Source: Mesotaenium endlicherianum (taxonomy: Eukaryota). From it: 64,000 bases of DNA. The translations under genes were made by a program, and so were the position numbers. Where the stretch lies: the NCBI GenBank assembly GCA_009602735.1, contig WELA01003378.1:127712-191711 (forward strand). The letters run 5' to 3'. Within the stretch, counting starts at the first letter, position 1, and every line of letters begins with the position of its first letter. Below, one piece after another: positions 1-12,123 of this stretch. The notes under the pieces are model-generated. The model saw only the letters and a program-made list of their open reading frames with translations. It had not been told where the DNA came from and did no database searches.

Positions 1-516
1 ACACCTGGGCCCCCCCACCTTGTCCGCTAGCTTCGAGTAGAAGTCCCCAGAGGGCCAGAGAGACGTTGCAAACTTGCAAGTTGCAAGTGGTTGCAATCTG
101 CAATGTGGGTGCGACTTCCGAGACCCGGCTTTCATTTCTGAACCACCATGCCCGATCAGGTTGGCAAGCTGCCGGTACCGAAACAATGCCGGGGCAGGTA
201 CCACAATTGGTGGACCTAGCTAGCTTATCAATTCAACCATCCTGACTCCATCTTTCACTGCGGAGAGAGTAGGACCGAGCATATTGCTCGACCCCTACGA
301 CTAAACTTAGAAGGTCTGCAGTCTGCTTGGTCTTTATGTCCTTCATACTGTGAGAATTGCACTGGGATATACTTCGCGGTATTTCTCTTGGTATCTTCGT
401 CTCGACATCTGGTTGGGTCATTATAAGTGTAACAGGGGGCTCATCGGTGGTGAAATGAAGAAGACAGTTTAACATTTTTCCTCTAACACTCAGGTAGGGT
501 TTGCGGTGAAGAAAAT

Positions 517-2236
517 ATGGGTTGTGTGCAGGGCAAGTCCGCAGATCGTGAGGAAGTGGTTGCTAAGAAAGCTCCTGAGCGTACGGACCCGAAAGTAACA
601 CAGACAGCAAATGTAGGTAATGTTACTGATTGTAGGCCTGAAGGCGGGCAGCCTGATGGTGAAATCTTAGAGGAACCTGTGGACGCGAAGGGCATCCCTG
701 CCAAGGTACCCCCACCCATTCCACAAGCAGCAAGCACAAAGATCAAGGGTCCGCCCGAGATATTCTCGGAGCCCCAACCTAATGGGGTCCACCGGACAGA
801 GCCTGGTGATGCAGGCATTTCTCTACACATTGCCTACCTCACTCAAAGAGGGTACTATCCTGAAGCCCCGAACAAGCCCAATCAGGATGCCTTTTGTGTC
901 TGCCCCCACTTTGGAAGTGACCCCGATGACCACTTCTTTGGTGTGTTCGATGGGCATGGCGAGCACGGCACTCCCTGCTCCCAGTACTGCCGAGACAAGC
1001 TGCAAGAGAACCTGTTGAAACACAAGTTGTTTGCTACGGATGTGCCGCAAGCGTTGCACACGTCATTCGTGACCACCAACTTGCAGCTACACAAGTCCTC
1101 TGTAGATGACACCATGAGTGGGACGACAGGCATCTCAATCTTCTTGCGAGGGCGCACCCTGTATGCTGCAAATGTTGGCGATTCCAGAGCAGTGCTTGCT
1201 GAAAGGCGAGGGAGTCAACTGGTGGCGGTGGACCTATCAAATGATCAGACCCCCTTCAGAGCAGACGAGTGCGCTCGCGTGAAAGCGTGCGGGGCCAGGG
1301 TACTGACGCTGGACCAGCTGGAGGGCCTCAAGAACCCCAACGTGCAGTGCTGGGGCGGGGAAGAGGACGACGATGGAGACCCGCCCCGGCTGTGGGTGCC
1401 CAATGGGATGTACCCCGGGACGGCGTTCACGCGCAGTGTGGGGGACACTGTGGCAGAGAGGATAGGGGTGACAGCTGTCCCGGAGCTGCTAGTGCTGGAC
1501 CTCACGGCGCAGCATCCCTTCTTTCTCCTTGCTAGCGACGGCGTCTTCGAGTTCCTGTCCAGTCAAGCCGTAGTGGACATGGTGAGTGTGTGTGCGTGTT
1601 GGGGGGGAGAGAGGGAGAGCACTTGCTTCCTCAGGCACCAACCAACGTATTGTTGAGGGGCTGCTGTTTGGCGCTCATTGTTTACTTAGAACTGACCTAG
1701 GTGCTGGCAAGCAAGCCTTTTTCCGCGACTGTGGGCCAGAGAATGCAAGTGATATAAGTGAATGGTGTGGCAGAAGCATGCAACGAAGAGGTGTGCCTGT
1801 GAAGGATGTGCGCGCCGTCTGCCATGAGCAGTGTAGCTCTAGACTGACTGCAGCTGTCGTGCGTAACTGCATGCACCTCGCTGTCCTTAGTCCTCTAGCA
1901 AGGGCTACCATGTGGGCTGGCTGTTGCTGCCTGCTGCTGCAGCAGGGGATTTGGTACACCAAGCTGGGTTAGCTCCTCCTCCCTGCCCTGTCAGCCTTGC
2001 ACTGGAGCAAGGATCCAATCATTCTTCTCCTATGCATCTGCCCTCCCTTCCCCTTCAAACTATGCCTGCGCTGTTTCGGCCTTGGCCTCTGCTCCTTGCT
2101 GCAGGTGGCGAAGCACCCCGATCCGGTGGAGGCATGCAGGGCAATAGTTGCGGAGTCGTACCGTCTGTGGCTGCAGTACGAGACTCGAACAGATGACATC
2201 ACTGTCATCATCGTGCACGTTGAGGGCCTGGCTTAG
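517..2236 (+). CDS. Protein phosphatase 2C, plant PP2C35 (At3g06270)-like; exons 517-1581 and 2105-2236, about 398 aa
   Basis: PP2C motifs [46 protein letters not shown] and [14 protein letters not shown] donor at 1582, TTGCAG acceptor ending 2104, TAG at 2234-2236. N-terminus MGCVQ fits myristoylation/palmitoylation. No cNMP or kinase domain follows. Confidence 0.92.
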
Positions 2237-2270
2237 CCTCCGTCCCATGGTGTGTGCTCTCTTTCCTCCT

Positions 2271-2274
<4 letters not shown>

Positions 2275-2308
<34 letters not shown>

Positions 2309-2337
2309 GTGTGTGTGTGTGCTCGTGCGTGTGTGCG
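2275..2337 (+). repeat. (CT)n/(GT)n compound microsatellite downstream of the PP2C stop
   Basis: Directly visible. Confidence 0.9.
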
Positions 2338-4644
2338 TCACCGAATGTTGACCATCTTAGGCCTGATGGAGAAGGAAGGAAATTGGGATGCTGTTTCAGC
2401 TTACCCTACTGGAACGGCGCTATTGCATCATGCTGGAGGGGACTGGCAGACACGTCTGAGGTGAGTGGATAGCGAGGAGTTGTGCTTTCTGATTCTAAGA
2501 GGGCGAGTGACAGGGACGGAGCACAGAATGTACGCTAATTATTGGCTTGATATTGGTGGCAACGCCCTTCGGCTTTTCTGTGAAGCTGAAGGCAAGTTGT
2601 GAACGTAGGTGGAGCTGGGGTTGCAAGAGTAGATTTAGCACGTGGCGCCACAAGGAAGAGAAAAGTGTGTAGAACCCCGTCGCCAGAAAACGAACATCAT
2701 GGTTAAGGTTGTTAGAGTGGCATAGCAGGGCACTTCTTCACGAGCAAATTGACGGTGTTCAACTTTGAAGCCGCATGTTGGCACACCTGTGTGGGATCCG
2801 GGCTGGAAGTGGGGGACCTGCAGATGGCAAACGGGAATAGATGCTACATGGAAGCCAGCAGTCGGGTGCCTGCGGGCCAGGGCTTCTGCACCCAGCTGCT
2901 CCGGAGCGGGTCCCAAACCTGTCCACACATTGGAGCCTCTGATTGCCCGGGGGAGTTCTGAATGCCTGTTGTCCAGACAGTCAGGCACTGCGTGCGTTCT
3001 CTCACCAGTCTCTTGTATGATGGGAAGGACAGAGCTACGTGGAGTAGGAAACCCCAGGAAACCGGTAAGACAGCAAATTGGTAGGACTTTTGCCCCGCAA
3101 AAACAAGCACTACTTCAAACACCGGAAGGGAAGCTCATATTCCCTAATCACAGCCTCGTATAAGTCGACCTGCGAATATAAAAAGTCGTAACCAGTCTGG
3201 GTACCCATGCAGTCTATGAGAATATGCTGATCCCAGGGCTGCCCCTCCAGTGACTTAGAGCCCTCAGAGGAAGAGGGATGACACTTGCCTTCCCCCTCAC
3301 CCCCACCGCTGTCTCTGCCTGGCCCTCCAGCATAGCGTGGCTTAACAGGCAGCGTGTCTGTGTGTGCGTGTCTGTTTTGTCCCAACAGATAGTTGGCTAA
3401 AATTTGGATCTTGGAAAAGCGTAGGCATTGGGAGCGCTGCCGCAGCGGCCAACGGAAGACAGGGGATGGGGGAGGGGGTGCTGTGTATCCAGCAGCAGCA
3501 GCAGCACTGGTTTGCTTACGGGAGTTGGCGATGTTTCCTTTTGCCTGAGACCAGAGGCCAGCAGTGCGCATGTGCTGCTGGGGACAGCAAGTCGAAGATG
3601 GAAGAATAGTCACAATCCCTCCCTATGCATGCGCGCCTGCCTGCCTTGTGCTTTGTGCCTTGTGCCAACTTGTCTCGTCTGTTGCGCACGTCGCCAGGGC
3701 CAGCTGTTCGCCCTCATGGACAGTCCTAAAAGGTTTCTGAAGGTCATATATTTTAGGCGATCGATCAACAACGCTGTGCATTCGACTGGACACGTGGCGA
3801 TGGGGACCAATGCGTCTCTTAGGACTTGTACACGGCCCCGGCCGAAAAAAGATTGGGTTGGGTTCCTAATTACCCTAGCATGTTTTGCTGCACAAGTTCA
3901 TGCTGCTAGCCACTCTGCGTACTCCGAGGAATAGAAGCCAGAAGTGCAGTGTGTGGCAGTAGTAGGATCCATATGAACACCCAATCTATCCTCTATCAGT
4001 GGAACGTAAGGCGTTGCCACTCTTGAAGGGTATGTATTCTGTCTGTTCTTTATGACACTAGAAGTACTAGAGAAATGACAGGAACACCATTGCCACTTAT
4101 GTTACGCACAAGCGAAAGCCTGTCATTGTTGGACTTGTGAGGACAATTATGTACTGTTTCTTTTGCTACTCTTCTACTGCGCTTCATTGAACTTAGAGAA
4201 CCTTAATATTCATGATGCTGATGTACCTCTAGCCTCAGCCGCTTATTTTCTGAGAAGCAAGGGGGTGATGTCTGTCATCTATTTCCTCTATCTGCAAATC
4301 AGCCACACGATCAAGTTTACATTCAAAATTCTTGTTATTATGGTAAAAGGGAGACAATCGAAATGAATTTGCTCTCCATCTTCTTCACACGCACCTTATG
4401 GCAATGGAGCTCTCATCATTCAGTACCGTAGTGAATCTTTAAATTGAGAGCAGTACTGGCACAGTTTGTCATGTGTCCTAGAGTTCATGCCGGGTTTCTT
4501 CTGCTGGCCACAAATTCACAATAGAACAGGGAGGTATGGCTAAGACGGCACATTCAAAGAATGTTCAAAGGGCATCTGAAGAGGAAAGCCGGAAAACAAT
4601 GTGGTAGGCTAGAGGCTGGGGTGCAAATTTAGCAGCAGGTGAAG

Positions 4645-7600
4645 CTACGTTCCATCGGCATCCACGTCCGCGTCCCCCACCGGCGAGGCCCTCTCAGGGT
4701 GGTGCTCCACACCTCGGTGCTTCTTTTCTTTCTTCCTCTTCTTCTTCTTCTTCTCATGGCCCTCTTTTGAGTCCCTGTGTTTGCGCTTTTTCTTCCTGTG
4801 GCTGCTGCTGGAGTGTGTATGCCTCACCACATCACCAGTGGCAATATCGTCCCCAACAGGCGTTGGTGCTGCCATGCCATGGCTGCTAAGGTCGTCGCCA
4901 TGCAAATCAGCAGCAGTACCTGCATCCGTGGTGCCAGGGGTGGCAGCAGCAGGCTTCTCACTGCTGGAGACACTTCGCGAAGCCACCATCATCTTCACAG
5001 CGGAGCTGACAGGCACCGGTGAGGCTACGATGGGCTCAGCATCATCTGAGAGCGGGGCAGGGTGCTCTTCTGCTCCCGCTCCGCCTCCTCCTGGCTGGCT
5101 CAGGTGCGCGTGCTCATCGGGACTGGATGAATTGCGCGGAGAGCCTGCTGCGGCGTCACTGGCGGCAGCGGCCCTGGCATCTGGTGCTCCGCCCTCTGGC
5201 ACCGCAGATACAGGGGGCGGGGGGCTGCTCCCGGGCCGCGGCGGCGGCTGCAGCCGGAGCTTGACCACCACGCGGCTGCCGCCCGCACTGCCGGTGCCGG
5301 TGCCAGTGCTGCCGTTGCTGGCACTAGGCACCATATCCCTGTCTCGGTCGCGGGGGGTGGACAACGACAGGCCCGAGGGGCCGCGACGGATGCGCAGAGG
5401 CTCAATGCGTGCGCCCCCTCCTCCTGAGAGGGCTGCTGCGGCGGCCATGCCTCCTCCACCACTCAGCGGGATGCGCACGCGCAGCGCTCCTCCTCCTCCT
5501 CCCCAGCCCTCCCCGGATGGGACCAGGGCGCTTGGCCTGAATACCAGCCAGGTCCCGAGTAATTGGGACATGAGAGGGACAGCGAGAGTGGAAGAGAAGG
5601 GGAATCAAAGCCCTGGGCCAGCCCACCAGCCCACCAGGAGCTTCTAGGCCATGCAATGACTGTGCCATTTGTGTAGCAGGGGAGGAGTGGGGGAGGTAAA
5701 GCGCATGCTTGCCTGGCCGCTAGTGCCTGCAAAAGGCCAAATGATGCGTGGCGCAGGCGCACGTTGGCAAACCCAGCAGCGCTACGCATGAGCGCTCCCA
5801 GTGCCTTAAGGGTGGCCGCGCTCACATCCGCGTACTCGTACTCTGGAGAGGAGGAGGCCGCCGAGGCCGATGCCGCAAGCGCCAGATCCGTGGCATGCTC
5901 CATCACCCTCCCCTGCACTGCTCCCCCCGCAGGCCAAAATGACCCGTGTCAGTTGACAAGCCAGATGGACTGACGGAGGCAGCAACGGTGCACAGCAGCA
6001 GCAGCAGAGCAGAGCAGAGCAGACTCGCATGGGAGCACCAACCCAGGAACGACTTTTCGAGCGCCAAGCAGGAGAGAGTGAAGCGCAGCATGGCATCCAT
6101 GCCGTGCGAGTCAAGCTTCAGCTTCTGCAGCCCGCACACTGCCGCCACTCGCACGCTGTGCCCCTTGGACGTCTTAGGGTGTGCCAGCGGGAGGAGCACC
6201 TGCTCTATCTGCGTCCCCACCTGCACCCGTCCGTCCATCCTCTCAGCCTCCATCAGTCTCTTCTTGGTCAGGAGGAGCTAGCCAGCCAGGTCGAGTGTCC
6301 TGGGCTGAGAGCACTGGCTTCCAAGTGGCTTCCAAGAGGAGCAGCGCACCCGAGCCAGGAGGGCAGGCGGCGCTTGCAGAGCCAAGGAGCACAGGGCGCT
6401 GATGCAGCGCGCTGACACCATTGCTCCGTAGCTCGGCACTATCCTGTGCCCCCCCCCCCCAATGCTCTTGCCTCATCAGCTGCATGTGAATTGGGATGCT
6501 TGCCAGGCAAGGGAGGGGCAGGGGCGGAGGAGTGTGCATGAGAGGGTGGCTGGAAGAGGGCGCCCCCGCATACCTGTCATACTGCAAGTAGCGGTCCAGC
6601 TGCTTCAGAAGCCGCTGCACCAGCTGGGCATGCTGTAACCCCCCACCCACCCACCTCCCTCCATCTCCCACCACTCAGTGCTCCCTCTCTCCCTCCCTCC
6701 CTCCCTCCTTCCTTCCCTCTCTGACACCCGACCCTACGAGCACAGCATGTCATGTGCCTGCTAGGCGGGCTCGTAGTAAGCACAATGAGGACCTGAGGGG
6801 CAAGGTGGAGGCTGGCGCAGGCATCCAGCAGACACGCCACCCAATGCACATCGCTGTACGCGTTCTTGCTGTTGTCATTATGCTGCCACCACACATGGAG
6901 ACATACGGCGAGAGAGAGGGAGAGGAAGTTTCAATAGCTTTGCTTGTTAACATGCTCAAGTGAGAGTGGCAGCAACGTCTACTCCCTTGCGGAACAAGGG
7001 GGGAGGGGGGGGACCTTGAGAAGCAGGAGCAAGAAGTGGGCAGCGTCGGGGGGGCTGAAACCGTCTGGCCCCCTTACGGCCGCCACTGCCACCACTATAC
7101 CCTGCACCGACTCTCCCCCTCCCTCTCTGTCAGTCAGCAGGTGCCCTCTTCCTAGAGGTCCATGTGCTGCTGTCAATAGGTAGTGGCCATCAATGGTGGA
7201 GCTCACCTGGTTGACAAAGTACTCGGCCATGTTGGAGAAGTCGTGCGGCCTGCAGGAGAAGGAGAGGAGGAGGAGGAGGTCAAGCAGGACGGGCAACCAG
7301 CAGCATGGCACAAAGCCTCAACCTCCATGCTGCTCTGCACACGAAAGAAGCAGAGGGCGGGCGGGCTAAGCAGCCGTGGAGTGAAGTGGCCACCTGGGGA
7401 GGGCGGTGGAGGAGTCAAAGCAGCGCGTGCGGTACAGCTGCAGCAGCATGTCCAGTCCCCCGCCTGCACCCCCTCCACTCTGCATCCATCTCCCTCTCCC
7501 TCAAAAACAGCATCTGACAGTTAATCCATCCATCCCCCTGCTGCTGGGCTCTGGCAAGGTCCATGTCATAATGCATAGAAGAAATGGGGGGCTAGGGGGC

Positions 7601-10600
7601 AGGGGGGCAGGGGGCAGGGGCGGTGCCTGAGCAATGGCAGCGGCGGCCTGTTGGCGAACACGCCAGAAAACTTGGGGCTTGGACAAGCAGGCCAGCAGAG
7701 CGGACAGGGCCGCGGGTGAGGCGGAGGACGATCGCAGCGCGCTGATGGCCTGCAGCTGGCCCACCACGCTGCGCTCTGCCCCCAGCTGCGCCGCCTGCAC
7801 GCCACTCCACCCCACCCCATCTCATCGCATCGCATCCATCCTCTTAACCCAGTCAGCCTAGTGCTGCAGCAGCACACACACACGCACATTCAGGGCCTGC
7901 AGGTCTGAGTGCAGCGGGGCACGCACCCACATGGGCAGAGGCTGGCGCACGTGCACCTCGCCCAGGTACTCGCTCTCCGGGTCCGCGTGCAGCCACTGCA
8001 CCGCCATCTCCACGCTGCTGCGCCCTCTTCCCAGCCCCGTCCATACTACATCATCCAAGTGACACTGATGATAACGACGACGACGACGACGACGACTTTC
8101 ATAGCAGCAGGAAGAGGAGGAGGAGGAGGAGGAGGAGGGAGGTAGGGACAGCAGGCGCACTTGGGCCAGGCATCGGAGCCAGCAGGAGGTAATGTTGTGT
8201 CAACGGCAGCTGCCGCGGCAAGGCCCCCCTTTTTGGCACCAGCAGCAGCAGCAGCACTGCTGCCAGCTGCTGCTGCTGCAGCAGCAGCAGCAGCGCCTGT
8301 GCGGCGAAGGGACACCTTGGAGTGGCACTGCAGCTCCAGCAGCAGCACGGGGTCGCCACCCAGCGGCAGGCACGGGTGCTCAAAGGGGCCCTCCGCCTCC
8401 TGCAGGCGCACCGTCATCATGCCCGGCCATCCTGCCTCCGCCTCCTCCGCCTCCACCTCCTCTGCCAGGTGGCCGTCCTCGTCCTCCAGTAGCGCAGAAT
8501 CTGGACAGGGCTGCGAGGTGGCGCTGCGCAAGACGGCCAGCTCCACCACGTTGCGCCGCCTGCCGCATGCGTACCCCATCCTGCACAGCCATCTCTCTCC
8601 GTCATGGCATGCCCAGCCCAGGTCCAGGTCCAGGTCCAGGGGGGAAAGACCGGAGCCAGAGCAGCGAACCGTCGGGCGGACCTGAGGCGGGGGCAACCGG
8701 AGGCATCCACCCAGCGTGGGAAGAAGTCCTTCAAGAACGGCCGCTCCAGGTTGCCCAGCTTGTTGGCGAAGTGCCGAAACTGCATCACTTGGGGCCAGCT
8801 GGCCAATGCAGTCAGCATCAACACCTCTTGTGTGCCCTTCTTGTCAACTTCAATTGCCTGACACTATCACCCTCCCCCTCTCCCTCCTTCCCTCCCTCCC
8901 TCAGGTGAGTGCAAGAGTAGGAGAGGGAGAGAAAAGAGAGAGCACGCACGTCGCGAGTGGAGAGCGTGCGGGAACGGCGCGACACATCGTGTGCTTTAAG
9001 CACAATGCGCTGCAGCACCTGCTTCCCCACAATCCCCCCCNNNNNNNNNNNNNNNNNNNNNNNNNNNNNNNNNNNNNNNNNCCCCCCCCCCCCCCCAAGT
9101 GCACCACAGGTGTCAGAACAACACACCCGCTGCTTTCTGCCTGTACATGCAGCATGCGCAGCGGTGTGACGGGCAGAGGATGGGCAAACCTTGCGGAACG
9201 CGTCGGCGCCCATCTGCTTTTCCAGCATCTCCGTCACTGCCACCTGTCCACATGCGCACAAGTCAGCTTGCTTGCTTGCGGCAGAGCCATCTTTGCGATT
9301 CCTTGTTGGATGTGAGGTGCGAGCGTGGTGTGGTGGGACATACAGCCTTGAAGGCAAGAAAGGGAGCGGCAATGCCCAGGCGGTGGGCGCGGGTGTCGTC
9401 TCCACCGGCCCCTGCCGCCCCCCCGGTATGGCTGCTGCTGCTGCTGCTGCTACGTCTGCTCAGGGCAGGTGCCCCGTCCACATCTGCAAAGCACACCATC
9501 TCGTTGGTCTGCCAGCCCACCCGCCCACATATCTGGTGATTGCAGGCTCAGGGGGGTTTAGCACCGGCTCTGGCACCGGCTGCAACTCAGCTACCACCGC
9601 CAGCAGCAGCAGCAGCAGCAGCAGGGGCCGGGGGGAAAGGAGGGGGGCGGGAGGGGCATGAGTGGGGGAGGTGGCGGTGTGGCGTGCCTGGCAGCGGCGG
9701 AAAGCGTCCTCCGTGTCCCCCAGGAAGCGCTTAATGCACACATGCACCAGATGCCCCGCCAGCCCCTCCAGCAGCCACTCTGCACACCCCCCCTCCCCCC
9801 CCCCGCCCATCTCGTCAAGTTGCATTGCGCTGCTGCTGCTGCTGCTGGAGCAACGGGCGCTTGTCTCGGACTTAGTTGTGGTGCATGCATGACATGCCAA
9901 GTGATGAACCGTACCGTCAGCAGGCGACTCTGCGGTGATGAAAATACCAAACCACTGGCAGGCAAGAGCACGCGCCAGCTTCACAAATGTCGCGCTCGCC
10001 TGTGCACATGCATGCACGCATGCACAACGCGTCACTTGTGCTCCATTACACGACCCCTATAAACCTAGGGTGCCCACCGTCTGTCCATATCTAGCTGGAG
10101 GTAAGAAGCACAAATGAGCCACCAAAAACACAAGGAGAGAAAGAGAGAGGGAAAAGGAGGGAGGGAGAAAGGGAGGGAGGTAGAGTAGAGTGAACTAGAG
10201 TAGAGGAGAGGGGAGGGGGGGATGGAGAGGAGGAAGAGGGGGAGAGGGAGAGGGAGAGGGAGAGCGAGCAGCCTGGAGTGGAGCAGACCTGATCAATGAT
10301 GCGGTTGTCGTGCAGGAGGTCGGCGCTGATGATGGTGGTGGACGCGCCGCTCATGTAGCTAGACACAGCCGCATTGCTGTCTATGACCACATGCCGGTAG
10401 CACCCAAATGGGAACGGAGCTCCCAGATACTCCTCATACATCCTGCCCCCCCCCTCCCTTCTTTCCCCAAGTCAGCTGTGCAGCATGAGAATCTCACACA
10501 AGCCTCCATGTCGGTCTATGATAACTACCCAGACGTGCTCCACCTCCTCCTCCTCATCATCATCATCATCGTCGTCATCGTCATCATCATTATACGCCGA

Positions 10601-11081
10601 GAGAGGGGGGGGAAAGGGGGGGGGCGGGGGGCGTGCAGCAGGCGGTGGGACGGAGGACCTGAAAATGGAGTTGAAGGCTGCCATGGTGTGGCGTACGGCG
10701 GGAAGGAAGGGCGGGGCAGCCATGTGGAGCACGGCAGGATGGTGCTCGTCCGGCAGCGCCGCCAAGGGGCCCACCACCAGGACCACGGCCTCGGCCGCCA
10801 CCGCCACTTTCATCTCGTATCGGAACTCTCTCCACTCCTGGCCCTCCCCCTCCCCTTTCTACACCCATCTCTCCCCCTCTCTGCCTACTATTAATGATTA
10901 TGCTCCACCTCTCACTTTTGTGCCTGCCTCTCGTGAGGAGTACTATCATGAGTTGCATAAACAGTGGTGTCGCCTAGCATAACGGACCAGAAGCGAGGGA
11001 CGAATGCGCGGCTTTTATGCACCCAGAGCATGCACACGCTGCGCGTTCAGTATGCTCCCCTCTGGAATGATGCATGGGCGT

Positions 11082-11117
<36 letters not shown>

Positions 11118-12123
11118 GAGTGAGGAGGTGGCCGCTGCTGATAGCCATGCAGCCCGGGGGAACAGTGAAAGTGAGGTCAAAGCTGCACGCCCCACATGCA
11201 CGCATGCAAACAGGCCCAAGAGTTGACCAGAGTTTCAGCGGCAAGCTCGGACAGTGAGGCCAGATGATGCTGCAGCAGGAAAGTGACTCACCTGGAGCGG
11301 TGAAGCGGGGAGTCATGGCACGGGAACCAGCAGCGTGCACGCCGCACTTGGCTGTGACTGCTGACTGTGTGGCCGTAGAAGTGGAGCCCAGCTGAGGGGC
11401 TGTCCACTCTATACTCCACCCGCACTTGCAGCACCTGCTCCCTCCCCCCAACCCCTTCTCGTTCACCTTGTTATACCTGCAGCAGCCTTGACGGGGTTGC
11501 ACTCCTGCCAACTAACTATAGCTGTGTTTGGCATTGGAAGCGCCACAATGCACCACTGGAGTGCTCGGGAGAGGGGGGTTCACCTCTTCTTCTGAAGTAG
11601 CTGCTGAGGTGCCAAGAGCAGATGCTTGAGGATGCTGGTGAAGAGGTGAAGTGTCGTGCGTGGCACCGGTGACTGGCTGAGGGTCAGGTAGTTGCACTAC
11701 AAGCTCGGGGGACAGCTCGTCCTCAAGGGCAGCCACATACTCTTTCAGGGCAGCATCGGCAGCCTGCAGTAGGCGTCCTGCTTTTTTGTCCACTGCAGTG
11801 CATTGCCCTGCTGCAGTCCCCACATGTCTGCTCCTCAGCTGGAACAGACTCTCTACACCATCTACGAGCACCCTGCTTATGGCCAGGCCACGAGCATGAA
11901 GACCAATGCAGCGCTCTTGTCCCGCCGATGGCGGTGCCACTTTCAACTCGGTGAACCTGCAGCAGTGCTGTCAAACGGGTCAGAACAGCATACTATGGTC
12001 TCTTGTCAGCAGCAGATCAAGAAGCTCGTGTTCTTACCCCCAGACGGCGCGCAACTCCGGGCTCACAGTCAGATGGAGTGACTGATGCTTCACAGTGCAG
12101 CAGGGAACTTGCCCTGGGAGCAT
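4645..12123 (-). CDS. TAF2: Transcription initiation factor TFIID subunit 2 (M1 aminopeptidase-like fold, non-catalytic), about 24 coding exons
   Basis: Spliced peptides match plant TAF2 in order: VKHQSLHL...[171 protein letters not shown], then a basic C-terminal KKKRK tail. ATG at 12123 has an in-frame stop just upstream; TAG at 4645. A few exon boundaries (exons 3, 5, 14) are uncertain. Confidence 0.93.
9041..9081. other. Assembly gap (41 N) inside a poly-C run in a TAF2 intron
   Basis: N run flanked by C homopolymers. Confidence 0.99.

Noticed and set aside
66..105. Clustered TTGCAA motifs upstream of PP2C
   Set aside because: Too short to distinguish a cis-element from low-complexity sequence.
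1582..1656. C-terminal extension of ORF 517-1656
   Set aside because: Read-through into the intron; the true C-terminus is in exon 2105-2236.
9940..9990. Active M1 aminopeptidase
   Set aside because: The HEXXH site is replaced ([12 protein letters not shown]), as expected for TAF2.
4777..11000. Many long + strand and alternate-frame ORFs over TAF2
   Set aside because: Shadows of GC-rich coding sequence and trinucleotide microsatellites, with no domains.
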